Shown here one piece after another: positions 1-9,374 of a DNA stretch of 64,000 bases (its first letter is position 1; each line of letters starts with the position of its first letter). The notes beneath the pieces were generated by a model. The model worked only from the letters and a program-made list of their open reading frames with translations, was not told the origin of the DNA and did no database searches. This DNA is from an uncultured Bacteroidia bacterium (lineage in GTDB: Bacteria > Bacteroidota > Bacteroidia > Bacteroidales > Prolixibacteraceae). The position numbers were made by a program, and so were the translations under genes. Where the stretch lies: the NCBI GenBank assembly GCA_903923905.1, contig CAIXZH010000004.1:69074-133073 (forward strand), written 5' to 3'.

Positions 1-104
1 CAGCAATAGGGGTTGCCCCGTTCTGGCTTACCAATATGATCAATTATAGTCTTGCCCCGATTGTAGAGAAACTTTCTGCCATTCAGATAACCAGTTTATT
101 TTAA
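1..104 (+). CDS. 3' end of an upstream membrane-protein gene, probably NADH-quinone oxidoreductase subunit M (partial)
   Basis: Open frame from the window edge (codons from nt 3) ending with TAA at 102-104. Hydrophobic tail AIGVAPFWLTNMINYSLAPIVEKLSAIQITSLF. Lies 32 nt upstream of nuoN, the slot nuoM normally occupies. Confidence 0.4.
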   Translation, partial: AIGVAPFWLTNMINYSLAPIVEKLSAIQITSLF

Positions 105-136
105 TTGAATTATTCAGTTTAATAAGATATCATTCT

Positions 137-1564
137 ATGAACTTTAGCGATATTCTGACCATGAGACACGAACTGATGCTCACCTTGCTGGCATTGGTAG
201 TCCTGATCATCGACCTTAATCTTCACAATAGGGATAAGCATTACATTATTCCAATAACACTTTCACTGTTTTTCATTCATACGGTGGTGGGTTTTCTCCC
301 TGCAGAGAAGAGTGTTCTTTTCGGCGGGATGTACCAAACCAAACCGCTGTTGGTGATGATGAAAAACATCCTGAATGTCGGGGTTTTAATCATTCTTTTG
401 CAGTCGGTAACCTGGTTGAAGAAAGAGGAAAACCGCGAGAAAATCAGTGAATACTTCATCCTTCTTTTCTCTACCCTGATCGGGATGTACTTTATGATCT
501 CTTCAGGTGATTTTCTGATGTTTTACCTTGGTCTTGAATTAGCTACTATTCCAATTGCCGCCTTGGCTGCCTATACCCATCACAATACGAAATCGGCCGA
601 AGCGGGGATTAAGTTGCTGCTTACCTCAGCCCTTTCTTCGGGTATTCTTCTCTTTGGGATATCCCTGATTTACGGCTCCACCGGATCTATCTATTTTGAT
701 ACAGTGACTAACCTCTATCAGAATTCACCAATGCAGGTGCTGGCCTTTATCTTTTTCTTCAGTGGAATGGCCTTCAAACTTTCGCTGGTTCCTTTCCATC
801 TCTGGACAGCTGACGTTTATGAAGGTGCTCCGATTAATGTAACTTCTTATTTATCTGTCATATCGAAAGGAGCCGCTGCTTTTATTCTGATAATTGTGAT
901 GTTTACGGTTTTCAATAAGATTGCCCCGATTTATAACCATATCCTTTATCTGATCGCAGTTCTGACCATGACCATTGGTAACCTTTTTGCGTTACGGCAG
1001 AAAAATATGAAGAGGTTCCTGGCTTTCTCATCGATTGCACAGGCAGGGTTTATCCTTCTCGGTATCCTTGGAGGCAATGTGCTGGGAATGACTTCCGTGA
1101 TTTATTTCGTGCTCGTTTATATATTCTCCAATCTTGGCGCATTCGGGGTAGTTTCAGCCATTTCGACCGTTACCGGAAAAGAGTCTATGGATGATTATGA
1201 CGGACTTTATGCCACAAACCCCAAACTGAGTTTGCTGATGATGCTTGCCCTTTTCTCACTGGCAGGTATACCTCCGGTCGCCGGATTCTTTGGTAAGTTC
1301 TTCCTTTTTGCTTCTGCGGCATCTGCTGGTTATTACTGGCTGGTTTTTATCGCAGTTTTGAATGCAACCATCTCACTTTATTACTATTTATTGGTGGTGA
1401 AGGCGATGTTTATTAATAAGAATGAAACTCCATTGGCCTATTTTAAAAGCGATTTGGCTACCCGGACAGGATTGGTATTAGCCGGTCTCGGTATCTTTAT
1501 CCTCGGATTCTGGAGCCAGATTTACGAGGTGATTAACAATCTGAGTTTCGGTCTTATTCACTAA
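137..1564 (+). CDS. nuoN: NADH-quinone oxidoreductase subunit N
   Basis: 475-aa polytopic membrane protein with NuoN/ND2-type blocks (LGLELATIP, KLSLVPFHLWTADVYEGAP, FLAFSSIAQAGF, LAGIPPVAGFFGKF). Confidence 0.9.
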   Translation: MNFSDILTMRHELMLTLLALVVLIIDLNLHNRDKHYIIPITLSLFFIHTVVGFLPAEKSVLFGGMYQTKPLLVMMKNILNVGVLIILLQSVTWLKKEENREKISEYFILLFSTLIGMYFMISSGDFLMFYLGLELATIPIAALAAYTHHNTKSAEAGIKLLLTSALSSGILLFGISLIYGSTGSIYFDTVTNLYQNSPMQVLAFIFFFSGMAFKLSLVPFHLWTADVYEGAPINVTSYLSVISKGAAAFILIIVMFTVFNKIAPIYNHILYLIAVLTMTIGNLFALRQKNMKRFLAFSSIAQAGFILLGILGGNVLGMTSVIYFVLVYIFSNLGAFGVVSAISTVTGKESMDDYDGLYATNPKLSLLMMLALFSLAGIPPVAGFFGKFFLFASAASAGYYWLVFIAVLNATISLYYYLLVVKAMFINKNETPLAYFKSDLATRTGLVLAGLGIFILGFWSQIYEVINNLSFGLIH

Positions 1565-1616
1565 ACTGCTTTTAGGGCATTTGCAGGAATGCTTCCGGCA
1601 GGGATCAGACTTCGAA

Positions 1617-1967
1617 ATGTACACGCATAAAAAACAAAACATCATGACACTGAAAGCTAAACATATCGTTGAGGAGATAAAAGGAGTACGTTGCACCATC
1701 ATCGAAAAAGGGGCAACTGCCGTACGTGTTGAATTCCTGAAAAACCTCCTTGAATTCAATAAATTTGAAGTAATCGTTGCTGATGAACCCCTTGTTGAAG
1801 GATCGCTTGCACTTTTCACCATTGGCACGACCAACCTGGTTTTCAATCCGGTAATTGCCGTTTACGAGCTCTCTCTGAAGACTCCGGCGGGACAAAAGGT
1901 TTCACCCGCATATTGGAATCAGGATTCTACTGAATGTGTAGATGAATACTGGGAATTTGCAAAATAG
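1617..1967 (+). CDS. hypothetical protein (start uncertain: 1581, 1617 or 1644)
   Basis: ORF-track frame 1581..1967. First ATG is at 1617 (MYTHKK). No recognisable motif. The 3' end overlaps the convergent gene by 41 nt. Confidence 0.45.
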   Translation: MYTHKKQNIMTLKAKHIVEEIKGVRCTIIEKGATAVRVEFLKNLLEFNKFEVIVADEPLVEGSLALFTIGTTNLVFNPVIAVYELSLKTPAGQKVSPAYWNQDSTECVDEYWEFAK

Positions 1968-2844
1968 ACTGATTTTCAATTTTCTTCCTGATTTTTTCCA
2001 TCAGGAGCAGCACCGTTATTTCGTGCTCAAGACTAAATCCGGGACTTTTCTTTTCGGTGATATTCCGGATGAAATCACTGATCTGTTCAATAAGTGGATC
2101 CATGGGTATCTCCTTTTCAATTTTACCTGTACTCTTATCCGGTATATGCCTGATCCTGTTTTGTATAAAATCAAAAATTGTCACCTCACCGCCGGTGTGA
2201 ATGGATAAAAAATGACTCTGCTCCTGTTCACTGAAGACCATCCTGAGGGTGGCGACGGAACCGTTTTTAAAATTCAGGTCGACATTGATGAAATCCGGTT
2301 CCAGTGAAGCGAGTAATCCACACAATACATCCACCTTTTGAACCGAAGAGCCGGCTGCCCTTAGAATCATCAATAAATTATCATTCAGTAATTTATCTAT
2401 CTGCTCTGGCTTTGACGGGGATGTCTGTGAGACCTCAATGAACATGGCATCATTTGATTCAACTTTTATCTTTTCATGAAAAGGGTGAAAAAGAAAGTCA
2501 TTTTGAATCCGGATATAGGTGTTTCCTTCATCAGCCAAATGGACTAATTGTTTTCGCTCTTCTTCGGTAAGGCTTAACTGGTCCGATAAAAAAAGATGGC
2601 AACCGTTACGGATTGCAAACGACAAATACTCCAGGGTGCAAAATTGGGGGTCGACGACTATCAACAGATCACAGATCAATGGAATTAATTCCGGAGAGGA
2701 ATAAATCAGCGAACGATCAAATGAAGGATGCCGGCGCTTTCCAGAGAAGAAAATTCCATCCCATTCCACCCCCTGGATCGTTCGCAGGGAATTAAACGTG
2801 AACATTTTTGTATCGCCAGGAAGTATGATCGCAGTGCTTAACAT
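1927..2844 (-). CDS. Gfo/Idh/MocA-like protein with degenerate N-terminal nucleotide-binding motif
   Basis: 305 aa. The segment SSPELIPLICDLLIVVDPQFCTLEYLSFAIRNGCHLFLSDQLSLTEEERKQLVHLADEGNTYIRIQNDFLFHP follows the Gfo/Idh/MocA pattern (DAVIIATP...H...AL.AGKHVL.EKP..L...E...L). No GxGxxG at the N-terminus. A -7 box lies 7 nt upstream of the ATG. Confidence 0.6.
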   Translation of the reverse strand: MLSTAIILPGDTKMFTFNSLRTIQGVEWDGIFFSGKRRHPSFDRSLIYSSPELIPLICDLLIVVDPQFCTLEYLSFAIRNGCHLFLSDQLSLTEEERKQLVHLADEGNTYIRIQNDFLFHPFHEKIKVESNDAMFIEVSQTSPSKPEQIDKLLNDNLLMILRAAGSSVQKVDVLCGLLASLEPDFINVDLNFKNGSVATLRMVFSEQEQSHFLSIHTGGEVTIFDFIQNRIRHIPDKSTGKIEKEIPMDPLIEQISDFIRNITEKKSPGFSLEHEITVLLLMEKIRKKIENQSILQIPSIHLHIQ

Positions 2845-2851
2845 CTTGAAA

Positions 2852-2859
2852 CAAATGTA
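2852..2859 (-). promoter_or_regulatory. Bacteroidota -7 promoter box (TAcaTTTG on minus strand)
   Basis: Plus-strand caaatgta at 2852-2859 reads TACATTTG on the minus strand, 7 nt upstream of the ATG at 2844. Confidence 0.4.
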
Positions 2860-3051
2860 CTTTTATACTAAACTGTTTAGCTGTTTACCTCAAGGTTTTT
2901 ATCAACCGTCAAATGTTGACAAAGCTCAATTTTATGATAATTTTGTGCATCACCGGACCTATGGCAGGGTTACTCGTTGACTTTGCACTGCGGCAGGAGA
3001 AATGGCCAATAAAAATTGAACATTATTAATTGATAATTATTTAAACGACAG

Positions 3052-3705
3052 ATGGCACAAATAGAAGATTCCTTTATGCATCAGGGAATGCGTCGGAAAC
3101 TGGTGGAAGAGATCCGACTGAAGGGGATAACCGATGAGAAAGTTCTCGACGCTATTGGTTCAATTCCACGACATCTGTTTATGGATAGTACTTTTGTTCA
3201 GTTTGCCTATGTCGATAAAGCATTTCCAATAGCGGTCGGTCAAACCATTTCACAGCCGTATACAGTCGCTTTTCAAACACAATCATTACAAATTAAGAAA
3301 TTCGAACGGGTACTGGAGGTTGGAACTGGTTCGGGATACCAGGCTGCCATCCTGTGTCGCATGGGAGCTTCTGTTTATACCATCGAAAGGCAGAAAGCCT
3401 TATATGAATTTGCAAGCAATCTTCTGCCAACTTTAGGTTACCGTCCCCATTTTTTTTATGGAGATGGCTATCTTGGCCTCCCTACCTATGGTCCGTTTGA
3501 TAAAATTATAGTAACTGCAGGGGCAGCCTTAGTCCCTGAACCATTGAAACAGCAACTTAAAATTGGCGGGATCCTGGTAATCCCGGTCGGAAATAACAAG
3601 TTGCAGATTATGAAAATCATCACACGAACCGGTGAACACGAATATACGGAGGAGGATAGGGGGGGATTTGTTTTTGTCCCACTATTGGCAGGTCTATCCG
3701 ATTGA
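3052..3705 (+). CDS. pcm: protein-L-isoaspartate O-methyltransferase
   Basis: 217 aa. SAM motif VLEVGTGSGYQAAIL, plus QTISQPYTVA and the PLLAG C-terminal region typical of Pcm. Confidence 0.9.
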   Translation: MAQIEDSFMHQGMRRKLVEEIRLKGITDEKVLDAIGSIPRHLFMDSTFVQFAYVDKAFPIAVGQTISQPYTVAFQTQSLQIKKFERVLEVGTGSGYQAAILCRMGASVYTIERQKALYEFASNLLPTLGYRPHFFYGDGYLGLPTYGPFDKIIVTAGAALVPEPLKQQLKIGGILVIPVGNNKLQIMKIITRTGEHEYTEEDRGGFVFVPLLAGLSD

Positions 3706-3710
3706 TCCAA

Positions 3711-4697
3711 ATGACCATGCTTCAACCTAACCGGGAACATCCGAAAGAAAAGTTAAGCCTCCATCCACGGAACAGGCACAGAGAGCGTTATGATTTTAAG
3801 TTGTTGATTGATAGTTGCCCTGAATTAGCTCCACATGTCAGGATGAATCCCTACAGTGACGAATCGATTAATTTTTTTGATCCGGAAGCGGTGAAGGCGC
3901 TCAACAAAGCATTGTTAAAGTACTATTATAACGTTCAATATTGGGATATTCCTCCGGGTTATTTGTGCCCTCCCATCCCCGGAAGAGCCGACTATATCCA
4001 TCATATCGCAGATTTGTTGGGTGGCTGTAATCGGGAGAAGATTCCGTCTGGGATTCAAATCAAATGTCTGGATGTAGGAGCAGGGGCCAATTGTGTTTAT
4101 CCCATTATCGGAAATAAGGAGTACGGTTGGTCATTTGTAGGTTCAGAAATTGATCCGGTTGCACTGGAAGCAGCACAAAGGATTATCAATTTGAATTCCA
4201 ATTTAACGGACAAGGTAGCGCTGAGACTCCAGGATAATTCCAAGTATATATTTGAAGGTATTATTGAACAGAACGAACGTTTTGATTTATCGGTCTGCAA
4301 TCCCCCTTTCCATGCATCATCTGCCGAAGCGCAATCGGGGACAATGCGTAAATTGAAAAATCTGTCAGGCAGGAAGATCAATAATCCGGTACTGAACTTT
4401 GGTGGTCAGCAAAATGAACTTTGGTGTGAAGGGGGTGAAGTGAGGTTTGTAGGGGATATGATTCGCGAAAGCCAAAGATTTTCAGCCTCTTGTCTGTGGT
4501 TTTCCACGCTGGTCTCAAGAGAATCCAATCTTAAAAATTGCTACGAGGCTTTAAGAAAGGTGGGGGTAGCCGAAGTTAAAACCATTCCGATGGGCCAAGG
4601 GAGCAAAATCAGCCGGATTGTGGCATGGACGTTTCTTAATAAAGATGAAAAGGAAAGATGGGTTAAAGAGAGGTGGGAACCGAAACTTAAGGTATAA
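3711..4697 (+). CDS. rlmF: 23S rRNA (adenine1618-N6)-methyltransferase RlmF
   Basis: LHPRNRHRERYDF, AVKALNKALLKYYY, WDIPPGYLCPPIPGRADYIHHIADLL and NPPFH closely parallel E. coli RlmF. The ORF-track start at 3702 is TTG and overlaps the pcm stop; the first ATG is at 3711. Confidence 0.88.
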   Translation: MTMLQPNREHPKEKLSLHPRNRHRERYDFKLLIDSCPELAPHVRMNPYSDESINFFDPEAVKALNKALLKYYYNVQYWDIPPGYLCPPIPGRADYIHHIADLLGGCNREKIPSGIQIKCLDVGAGANCVYPIIGNKEYGWSFVGSEIDPVALEAAQRIINLNSNLTDKVALRLQDNSKYIFEGIIEQNERFDLSVCNPPFHASSAEAQSGTMRKLKNLSGRKINNPVLNFGGQQNELWCEGGEVRFVGDMIRESQRFSASCLWFSTLVSRESNLKNCYEALRKVGVAEVKTIPMGQGSKISRIVAWTFLNKDEKERWVKERWEPKLKV

Positions 4698-5089
4698 AAG
4701 GTAATTTGTAATTTCGCGTAGGGAAAATCTGTCAGTAGGAAAAGGGGTAAACAACCATTGTATTGTCCCGGACAAAAGAACCTCATATTCTCAATTTTTC
4801 TACCGACCTTAAGTTCCAGACGGAACCTGAAAATAAAATTTTAGAGATTTTAAGTTTCACGATGAAAATAACCATTGAAACCTCAAAATTCTACTCCGGT
4901 TTTCTCACTTTAAACTGCAAAATCGGATGAAAAAACTGTGGTGCCGGACAAAAAATGGCCGACTTTCTCCTTAAAAGCTTCGGTGGCGAAAAAATTAAGT
5001 TTGACTTTCTGTATAATCACTGCGGTGTCCATGTAAATTACTTCGATATCCAAATAAGTTTTATGTAAATTGCAGCAAAATTCGTTAAA

Positions 5090-7993
5090 ATGGCACTTAA
5101 CTTTCGGTGTTTTATCAATTACGTTGAAAAGCACATTAATGGAGACGAAAAAGGGGAGGCTCAAATATTCCTGGACCACTTTTTTCAGGCTTTGGGATAT
5201 TTGGATGGATTAAAAGGTGCAGGGGCTGATTGTGAATTCCGCATGAGGGACGAGAAAGGTTCTACCAAATTTGCCGACCTGGTCTGGAAACCCATCGTCC
5301 TGATTGAAATGAAAAAACGGGGGGCAGATTTGACCATACATTACCAGCAAGCCTTTGACTACTGGGTAAAATTGGTCCCCAACCGACCCCAATATGTAAT
5401 CCTCTGCAATTTTGACGAATTCTGGATTTACGATTTAAATAAACGGGTTTATGAACCTCTCGAAAAGATCAAAACCGTTCAGTTAGTTGATCGTCAGGAC
5501 GCTTTTGGGTTTTTACTTCCAAAACCCCAGACCCCGATTTTTAATTACAACCAGGAAGATGCAACTGAGAAGGCGGCCTATTACATTTCGCACGTTTACC
5601 GCTCTTTATTAGGAAGGAGGATTACACCCGACATAGCCTTAAAATATTGCCTGCAAATGGTTCTGACCATGTTTGCAGAAGATACCGGATTATTGCCTGA
5701 CCATATCTTTACCCGGATTATCAAGGAATTGTTGAAGGAACCCGGTGGCGCGGGAGATAAGATTTCCAAATCGTATGACCTCATCAGCGGGCTTTTTAAT
5801 GCCATGAATACCCAGGGCATTACTGACGGTGGCCGATTTGAAGGTGTCGAATATTTTAACGGAGGACTGTTCGATAAAATATTTCCGCTGGAACTTACCA
5901 GTCACGAAATCACCCTGATTGACATGGCTGCATCTTTTAACTGGTGCCATGTGAATCCCGCAATCTTTGGTTCCATTTTTGAATTTGCACTCGACAGTAA
6001 AGAGCGGCACAAACTCGGCGCCCATTATACTCATGAATTGGATATTAAAAAAATAGTCGTCCCGGTGATCGTACAACCCTGGACCGATAAAATTGAGGCT
6101 GCCCAAACACTCGAAAATTATTTCAGCCTGCTCACCGAATTATCAAATTTTAAGGTGCTTGACCCAGCCTGCGGAAGCGGGAATTTCTTGTTTGTGGCCT
6201 TCAAGGAGATGAAAATCCTTGAAAAGCGTTTGCTTTCCGAAATGCGCGAAAAGTTTAATAAACCTGCCGATGCAAAGTTGGTTATTCCCTTCCTGATCAA
6301 TTATAAATACGTGGCTACCAATCAGTTTTATGGTCTCGATATTAAACCTTTTGCTGTTGAACTCGCTAAAGTGACTTTAATGATTGCCAAGGAGCTCACC
6401 TGGCTCGGCGCCAGGGAAGATCACGACAATAAATACAAACCTCTGCCGCTCGATAACCTCGACAATAACATTCTTTGCGAAGATGCCTTATTAAATCCCG
6501 ACGGCTCACAACGCCAGTGGCCCGAAGCCGATGCAATCATTGGCAATCCACCCTACCAGAGCAAAAACAAGATGCAGCAAGAGTTCGGCGTTGAATACAT
6601 CGAGAATTTGCATAAGGCCTACCCCGAAATTCCGGGCCGGGCAGACTTTTGCGTATATTGGTTTTACAAAGCACACCAAAATTTAAAACCAAATCATTTC
6701 GCCGGGTTGGTTGGCACAAACACGATACGTCAGAACTATAGCCGTGAAGGGAGCCTCGATTATATCGTAAAAAATGGGGGGACCATTATCAACGCTGTTT
6801 CGTCCGAAAAATGGATGGGTGAAGCGGCCGTATTTGTTTCTATCGTTTGTTGGACCAAAGGCCAATTTACCAAAGAGAAAACATTGTATTATTACGACAA
6901 CCACAGTCAATTATTCAGCGCTGTGATGCCAATTATCAGCAGTAGTCTCAGTTTAAAATCAGATGTCACATTGGCAAAGACTTTGCGATGTAATAAAGAA
7001 CCCAAAAAGGTATTTCAGGGACAGACCCATGGGCATATTGGATTTTTACTTTCGGCTTCAAAAGCTAAAACAATATTAAGGGAAAATCCCGGATATTCAG
7101 AGGTCCTTAAACCATTTTTGATTGGAGATGAACTCGTCTCAAATATTAAGGCCCAACCCGAACGATTTGTTATTGATTTTACGTACAAGGATATCCATCA
7201 GGCTTCAACCTATACCGAGCTATTTAAAAAGATAGAAAAAGAAGTTCTTCCAGAAAGAGAGAAGCGAGCAAAAGAACAGGAGAGTGAAAACAAGAAAGCA
7301 TTTGAGGTAAATCAAAACTCTAAAGGAAACAAACATCATTTGAATTTTTACAATAAATGGTGGCAATTAAGTTATGGCCGAGATGAAATGTTGAATTCAA
7401 TTTCACAATTAACCAGATATATTGCATGTGCCAGGGTAACTCAGAGGCCTATATTTGAATTTATATCTTCAAAGATTCATCCCAATGATAAAGTCATATG
7501 TTTTGCCTTCGAAGATGATTATTCATTTGGCATTATTCAATCGGGTATTCATTGGCTTTGGTTTACTGAGAAATGTACGACATTGGCTGAAACGCCCAAT
7601 TATAATTCGGCAGCGATTTGGGACACCTTTCCCTGGCCGCAAGACCCATCAGAGAAGCAGATCATGACTATTGCAAAGGCGTCGAAAGCATTGCGTGATG
7701 AGCGTAACCAGGTTATGAATGAGAATAAACAGAGTTTGCGCGATATTTACCGGCTGCTTGAGAGGCCGGGGAAAAACAGCATCCGCGATTTGCAGCAGGC
7801 GCTCGATAAGGCTATTCTGGAGGCTTATGGGTTCGATGGCTCATCCGATTTACTGGCTCAATTGCTGGAACTTAATCTTCAGGTGTCCGAAAAAGAAGCG
7901 AAACGGGAGGTGGTTCAGTCTCCCGGGTTGCCGGTTTGGTTTAAGGATCGGGAACGGGTTGTTTCGGAGGATTGTGTGAAATTTTTGGGATAA
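5090..7993 (+). CDS. MmeI-family Type IIL restriction-modification enzyme (fused endonuclease / N6-adenine DNA methyltransferase / target-recognition domain)
   Basis: 967 aa. N-terminal PD-(D/E)xK-like FADLVWKPIVLIEMKKRG (D63, E73, K75; nt 5276-5314) matches MmeI FVDLFWPGILLIEMKSRG. AIFGSIFEFALDSKERHKLGAHYT matches MmeI AIFGSLFQSIMDAKKRRNLGAHYT. SAM motif I DPACGSGNF at nt 6161, motif IV NPPY at nt 6545, and WDTFPWP in the C-terminal part. Confidence 0.85.
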   Translation: MALNFRCFINYVEKHINGDEKGEAQIFLDHFFQALGYLDGLKGAGADCEFRMRDEKGSTKFADLVWKPIVLIEMKKRGADLTIHYQQAFDYWVKLVPNRPQYVILCNFDEFWIYDLNKRVYEPLEKIKTVQLVDRQDAFGFLLPKPQTPIFNYNQEDATEKAAYYISHVYRSLLGRRITPDIALKYCLQMVLTMFAEDTGLLPDHIFTRIIKELLKEPGGAGDKISKSYDLISGLFNAMNTQGITDGGRFEGVEYFNGGLFDKIFPLELTSHEITLIDMAASFNWCHVNPAIFGSIFEFALDSKERHKLGAHYTHELDIKKIVVPVIVQPWTDKIEAAQTLENYFSLLTELSNFKVLDPACGSGNFLFVAFKEMKILEKRLLSEMREKFNKPADAKLVIPFLINYKYVATNQFYGLDIKPFAVELAKVTLMIAKELTWLGAREDHDNKYKPLPLDNLDNNILCEDALLNPDGSQRQWPEADAIIGNPPYQSKNKMQQEFGVEYIENLHKAYPEIPGRADFCVYWFYKAHQNLKPNHFAGLVGTNTIRQNYSREGSLDYIVKNGGTIINAVSSEKWMGEAAVFVSIVCWTKGQFTKEKTLYYYDNHSQLFSAVMPIISSSLSLKSDVTLAKTLRCNKEPKKVFQGQTHGHIGFLLSASKAKTILRENPGYSEVLKPFLIGDELVSNIKAQPERFVIDFTYKDIHQASTYTELFKKIEKEVLPEREKRAKEQESENKKAFEVNQNSKGNKHHLNFYNKWWQLSYGRDEMLNSISQLTRYIACARVTQRPIFEFISSKIHPNDKVICFAFEDDYSFGIIQSGIHWLWFTEKCTTLAETPNYNSAAIWDTFPWPQDPSEKQIMTIAKASKALRDERNQVMNENKQSLRDIYRLLERPGKNSIRDLQQALDKAILEAYGFDGSSDLLAQLLELNLQVSEKEAKREVVQSPGLPVWFKDRERVVSEDCVKFLG

Positions 7994-8070
7994 TGAAGCT
8001 GACCTGGATCCTGAAATCCTTTATCAGGATAGTGTCAGGATTAATGATTAATGAGAATTCATATTTTCTC

Positions 8071-8078
8071 TATCTTTG
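8071..8078 (+). promoter_or_regulatory. -7 promoter box TATCTTTG
   Basis: Exact TAnnTTTG match, 14 nt upstream of the ATG at 8093. Supports 8093 rather than 8051 as the start. Confidence 0.45.
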
Positions 8079-8092
8079 TCAAAAAAAGTCAT

Positions 8093-8332
8093 ATGCATAC
8101 TTTTAGGTTAAACGTAAACGAAAAGGTTTATGACAAGTTTTTGAGGCTTCTTGGTAAATTCAACAAAGATGAGATAGAAATCATCGCAGAGACTTCTGAT
8201 TTTACAAAGAATCAAAAGGATCTTGATCACGAATTAAAGGAAATACTTAATGGTACTGCCCGTTTTATTGAGATGGATGAAGCTGAACAAAGGCTTGAAA
8301 ACGTGATAAGAAAGCATGAGAATCGTATATAA
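8093..8332 (+). CDS. putative type II antitoxin (partner of the downstream ParE/RelE toxin)
   Basis: 79-aa acidic helical protein (MHTFRLNVNEKVYDKFLRLLGKF...). Its stop overlaps the toxin start by 17 nt. Confidence 0.6.
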   Translation: MHTFRLNVNEKVYDKFLRLLGKFNKDEIEIIAETSDFTKNQKDLDHELKEILNGTARFIEMDEAEQRLENVIRKHENRI

Positions 8333-8600
8333 GGATACTTTCCTGATTCGATTAGAGGACCAAATAGAGTTTATTTCACTCGATAGCATTAAACGAGCCA
8401 GAAAGTTCAAATCTGATTTATTGAACAGGATAAAGGAAATCCCTTCGAATCCTTATCAATACCGAAAATCAATTTACTTCCAACAAGATGATATAAGAGA
8501 TTTGATTTTTAAAGGTTATACGATTGTCTTCCGGATAACCCAAATGAGAATTGAAGTATTTGGTTTCGTAAAATATCAAGAAGGACCATCCGATCAGTGA
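8316..8600 (+). CDS. type II toxin-antitoxin system RelE/ParE family toxin
   Basis: 94 aa. The pattern ...IEFISLDSIKRARKF...IPSNPYQYRKS...IRDLIFKGYTIVFRI...IEVFGFV is typical of ParE/RelE-fold toxins. Confidence 0.7.
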   Translation: MRIVYKDTFLIRLEDQIEFISLDSIKRARKFKSDLLNRIKEIPSNPYQYRKSIYFQQDDIRDLIFKGYTIVFRITQMRIEVFGFVKYQEGPSDQ

Positions 8601-8732
8601 AATTTTCCCGGATTGTAATTTTATCTTCGTTATGCCAAATAATATGGATTAAATGAACCGCAAGCTGAGAATTCATCTGTATGTAAATGCTTTTATTTCA
8701 ACTATTTATTGAATACAAACCTTCCATTTACT

Positions 8733-9368
8733 ATGTATATAAAAAAATTCACTTTTAATCCGGTAGAAGTAAATGCCATCGTGTTATGGGACGAAACGCT
8801 GGAATGTGTGATTATTGACCCCGCCTGTTTTTATCCGCATGAAGAGCAGGAACTTAAAAATTTCATAGATACCAACCATCTGAAACCGGTTCGGTTGCTC
8901 AATACCCACGGCCATTTTGACCATCTGATGGGAAACGGATTTGTCGAAAGAACATGGGGATTAAAGAGTGAAATCCATAAGGAGGATAACTTCCTGGTTG
9001 AATCGGCCTCGAGTCATGCCTCGATGTTCGGAATGCCCATGACCAACCCACCCTTACCCGGAAGCTACTTTGAAGATGGCGATCTGATTACCTTTGGAAA
9101 TTCAAGTTTAAAGGTCATTTTTGTCCCGGGGCACGCTCCGGGTGGCGTGGCATTCTATTCGGAAGCAGACAAATTCCTGATCGGCGGGGATATCCTTTTC
9201 TACGGATCTGTCGGGCGTACCGATTTACCGCGTGGCAATCATGAACAGCTGATCACCGGAATCAAGGAAAAACTCATGGTGCTTGATCCGAATGTGAAAG
9301 TTTATTGCGGGCACGGTCCGGAGACAACGATTGGAGCCGAAAAAAGAAATAATCCGTTTTTGAATTAA
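8733..9368 (+). CDS. MBL-fold metallo-hydrolase (glyoxalase II-like)
   Basis: HGHFDH metal motif, VPGHAPGG, GDILFYGSVGRTDLP. The ATG at 8733 is preferred over the TTG at 8709. Confidence 0.85.
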   Translation: MYIKKFTFNPVEVNAIVLWDETLECVIIDPACFYPHEEQELKNFIDTNHLKPVRLLNTHGHFDHLMGNGFVERTWGLKSEIHKEDNFLVESASSHASMFGMPMTNPPLPGSYFEDGDLITFGNSSLKVIFVPGHAPGGVAFYSEADKFLIGGDILFYGSVGRTDLPRGNHEQLITGIKEKLMVLDPNVKVYCGHGPETTIGAEKRNNPFLN

Positions 9369-9374
9369 AAAAAT

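Noticed and set aside
4910-5179. 89-aa minus-strand ORF overlapping the 5' end of the MmeI-like gene; considered as a possible small controller gene for the RM system.
   Set aside because: It has no HTH-like motif. It overlaps the strongly supported RM start, and only the last ~40 codons lie outside it. The evidence is insufficient.
5090-7993. Alternative reading of the large methyltransferase as a BREX PglX.
   Set aside because: PglX proteins lack the N-terminal D...ExK nuclease motif seen here and are accompanied by PglZ, BrxC, BrxL and related genes. None of these are present in the flanks.
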